Assembly: GCF_964355755.1 (NCBI RefSeq)
Contig: NC_092671.1
Span: forward strand, 3,658,001-3,722,000
Length of the DNA: 64,000 nucleotides
Direction: 5' to 3'
Source: Antedon mediterranea
Lineage: Eukaryota > Animalia > Echinodermata
Shown here: positions 62,913 through 64,000 of the stretch, one piece after another
Layout of the letters: every line of letters starts with the position of its first letter
How positions within the stretch are numbered: the first letter of the stretch is position 1
Program-made: the position numbers and the translations under genes
The notes under the pieces: model-generated
What the model was told of the DNA's origin: nothing
What the model saw: only the letters and a program-made list of their open reading frames with translations
Database searches by the model: none

Positions 62913-63408
62913 TGTCACGAACTCCTCTCACGTATGTTTCCGAGCAGTTGAAAATACTTTAGGAACTCCCTTGTGACATAAAAAGTATACACACAAAATC
63001 CACAAAGTTGTAAAATAACTCAAAAACAAAGCTTTAATTTCAATCAACTTCAACTTTTAACAATCCAGTAAGCACTTTAAACAACAGCTTCACAATGACT
63101 TTACAATATAACATCCAACCTCTAATCCAACAACCTTCTTCAAAATAAATGCTTCAATCAAAATCCTTCTCCCCCTTACAATTGTCATACTTCCCCTTAT
63201 ATACAATATGTTCATAACCTTCTAGATCATTCCTTATAGGCCTACTTCTCATTATTACATGATTACAGTTTCTATTAATAGGACTTCTGGAATGTTCTTG
63301 ATTGTTCTTATTAATTATACATGGTTTCTTAAATCAAAACATCTAATTCTAGAATGTTCATGTAAATACTATGTTACTCTATATGTTAGGGAATGGTAAT
63401 TTATTACA
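62913..63408 (-). repeat. 3' LTR (496 bp) of a Gypsy-type element
   Basis: On the minus strand it begins TGTAATAAA immediately after the polypurine tract AGAAAGAGGGGGGAG (63423-63409) and ends TTCGTGACA. Internal TATATAA (~63200) and ATTAAA (~63035). Confidence 0.85.
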
Positions 63409-64000
63409 CTCCCCCCTCTTTCTGAGCTCAAAACTCTTTCTTGGAGTTTTGAAGGGCAAGTATACACGAAAGTGGCAAAAGTTAACCCACTCCTATTCTA
63501 TAAAACTTAAATACGCCATAATAACATACAACATAATCATTAATAATTACTAATAATGAACAAACAATATTCATGTAAATTTGTCGGAATGGTTCACTAA
63601 CAATTACGGACATAGGAATCATAAAATCCTTAAATTTAGTTTTATACTTTGAGGCTTTACAATACTCTGTCAACGAAATATCATGTGAAAATTTCAAAAC
63701 ACTATTACTGCAATGATATAAAACCAGTAATTTCTCTATGGGTTCTGTCTGGTGTTTAGTAAAAACATGCCTAAATAAAATTCCGTCCTTACAGACCGTC
63801 ATATCTTCCCGACATAAACCTTCTTTCCTTTCAATATCTTCCCGATGTAAACGTTCTTGGTTATCCATCATCTGCTGCTTCAGAAGACTCTGTTGTTGTA
63901 TTTGTTGCTTCATTAACAACACCAAAAAGTCTGTACTGCTGTACACTTTACCGGATATTGTTGTTGATTGTTTATCAGCCATATTTTAAATCTGGATGAG
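62913..64000 (-). mobile_element. Internally deleted Ty3/Gypsy LTR retrotransposon running off the window end
   Basis: LTR plus PPT plus the 166-aa ORF 63982-63482, which contains integrase-like pieces KDGILFR...KLLVL...VLKFSHD and PMSVIVSEPFRQIYMNIV (cf. PLPII.EPFERIAMDIVGPL). Confidence 0.8.

Overview
AT-rich, intron-containing invertebrate animal DNA. An echinoderm-like deuterostome is inferred from the Deu-domain SINEs and the abundant TAGGCCTA motif. Three protein-coding genes are supported. Two are anciently duplicated, same-strand bHLH transcription-factor genes (2924-~7128 and 27242-~29714) whose bHLH is closest to FIGLA, with achaete-scute-like helix 2. The third is a complete five-exon TMEM9/TMEM9B orthologue on the minus strand (38953-41896, 168 aa), rebuilt by hand because the ORF track splits it. 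A candidate non-coding first exon of a divergent gene ends at 43136; I found no host coding exon in the following 21 kb. The rest is transposon-rich: a 3.3-kb DNA element with ~1.1-kb inverted arms, several MITEs, Deu-SINEs, RTE and CR1/L2-group LINE fragments, a Penelope-type fragment with a minimal hammerhead motif, a palindromic tandem array, micro/minisatellites, and the 3' LTR of an internally deleted Gypsy element at the window end. The best leads are the bHLH pair beside TMEM9 (the position held by ASCL3/ASCL5 in vertebrates), the intronic sense-strand hammerhead motif, and the hairpin array with one flipped loop. No CRISPR, rRNA or true tRNA gene is supported. All family assignments are from memory of consensus motifs, not from database searches.
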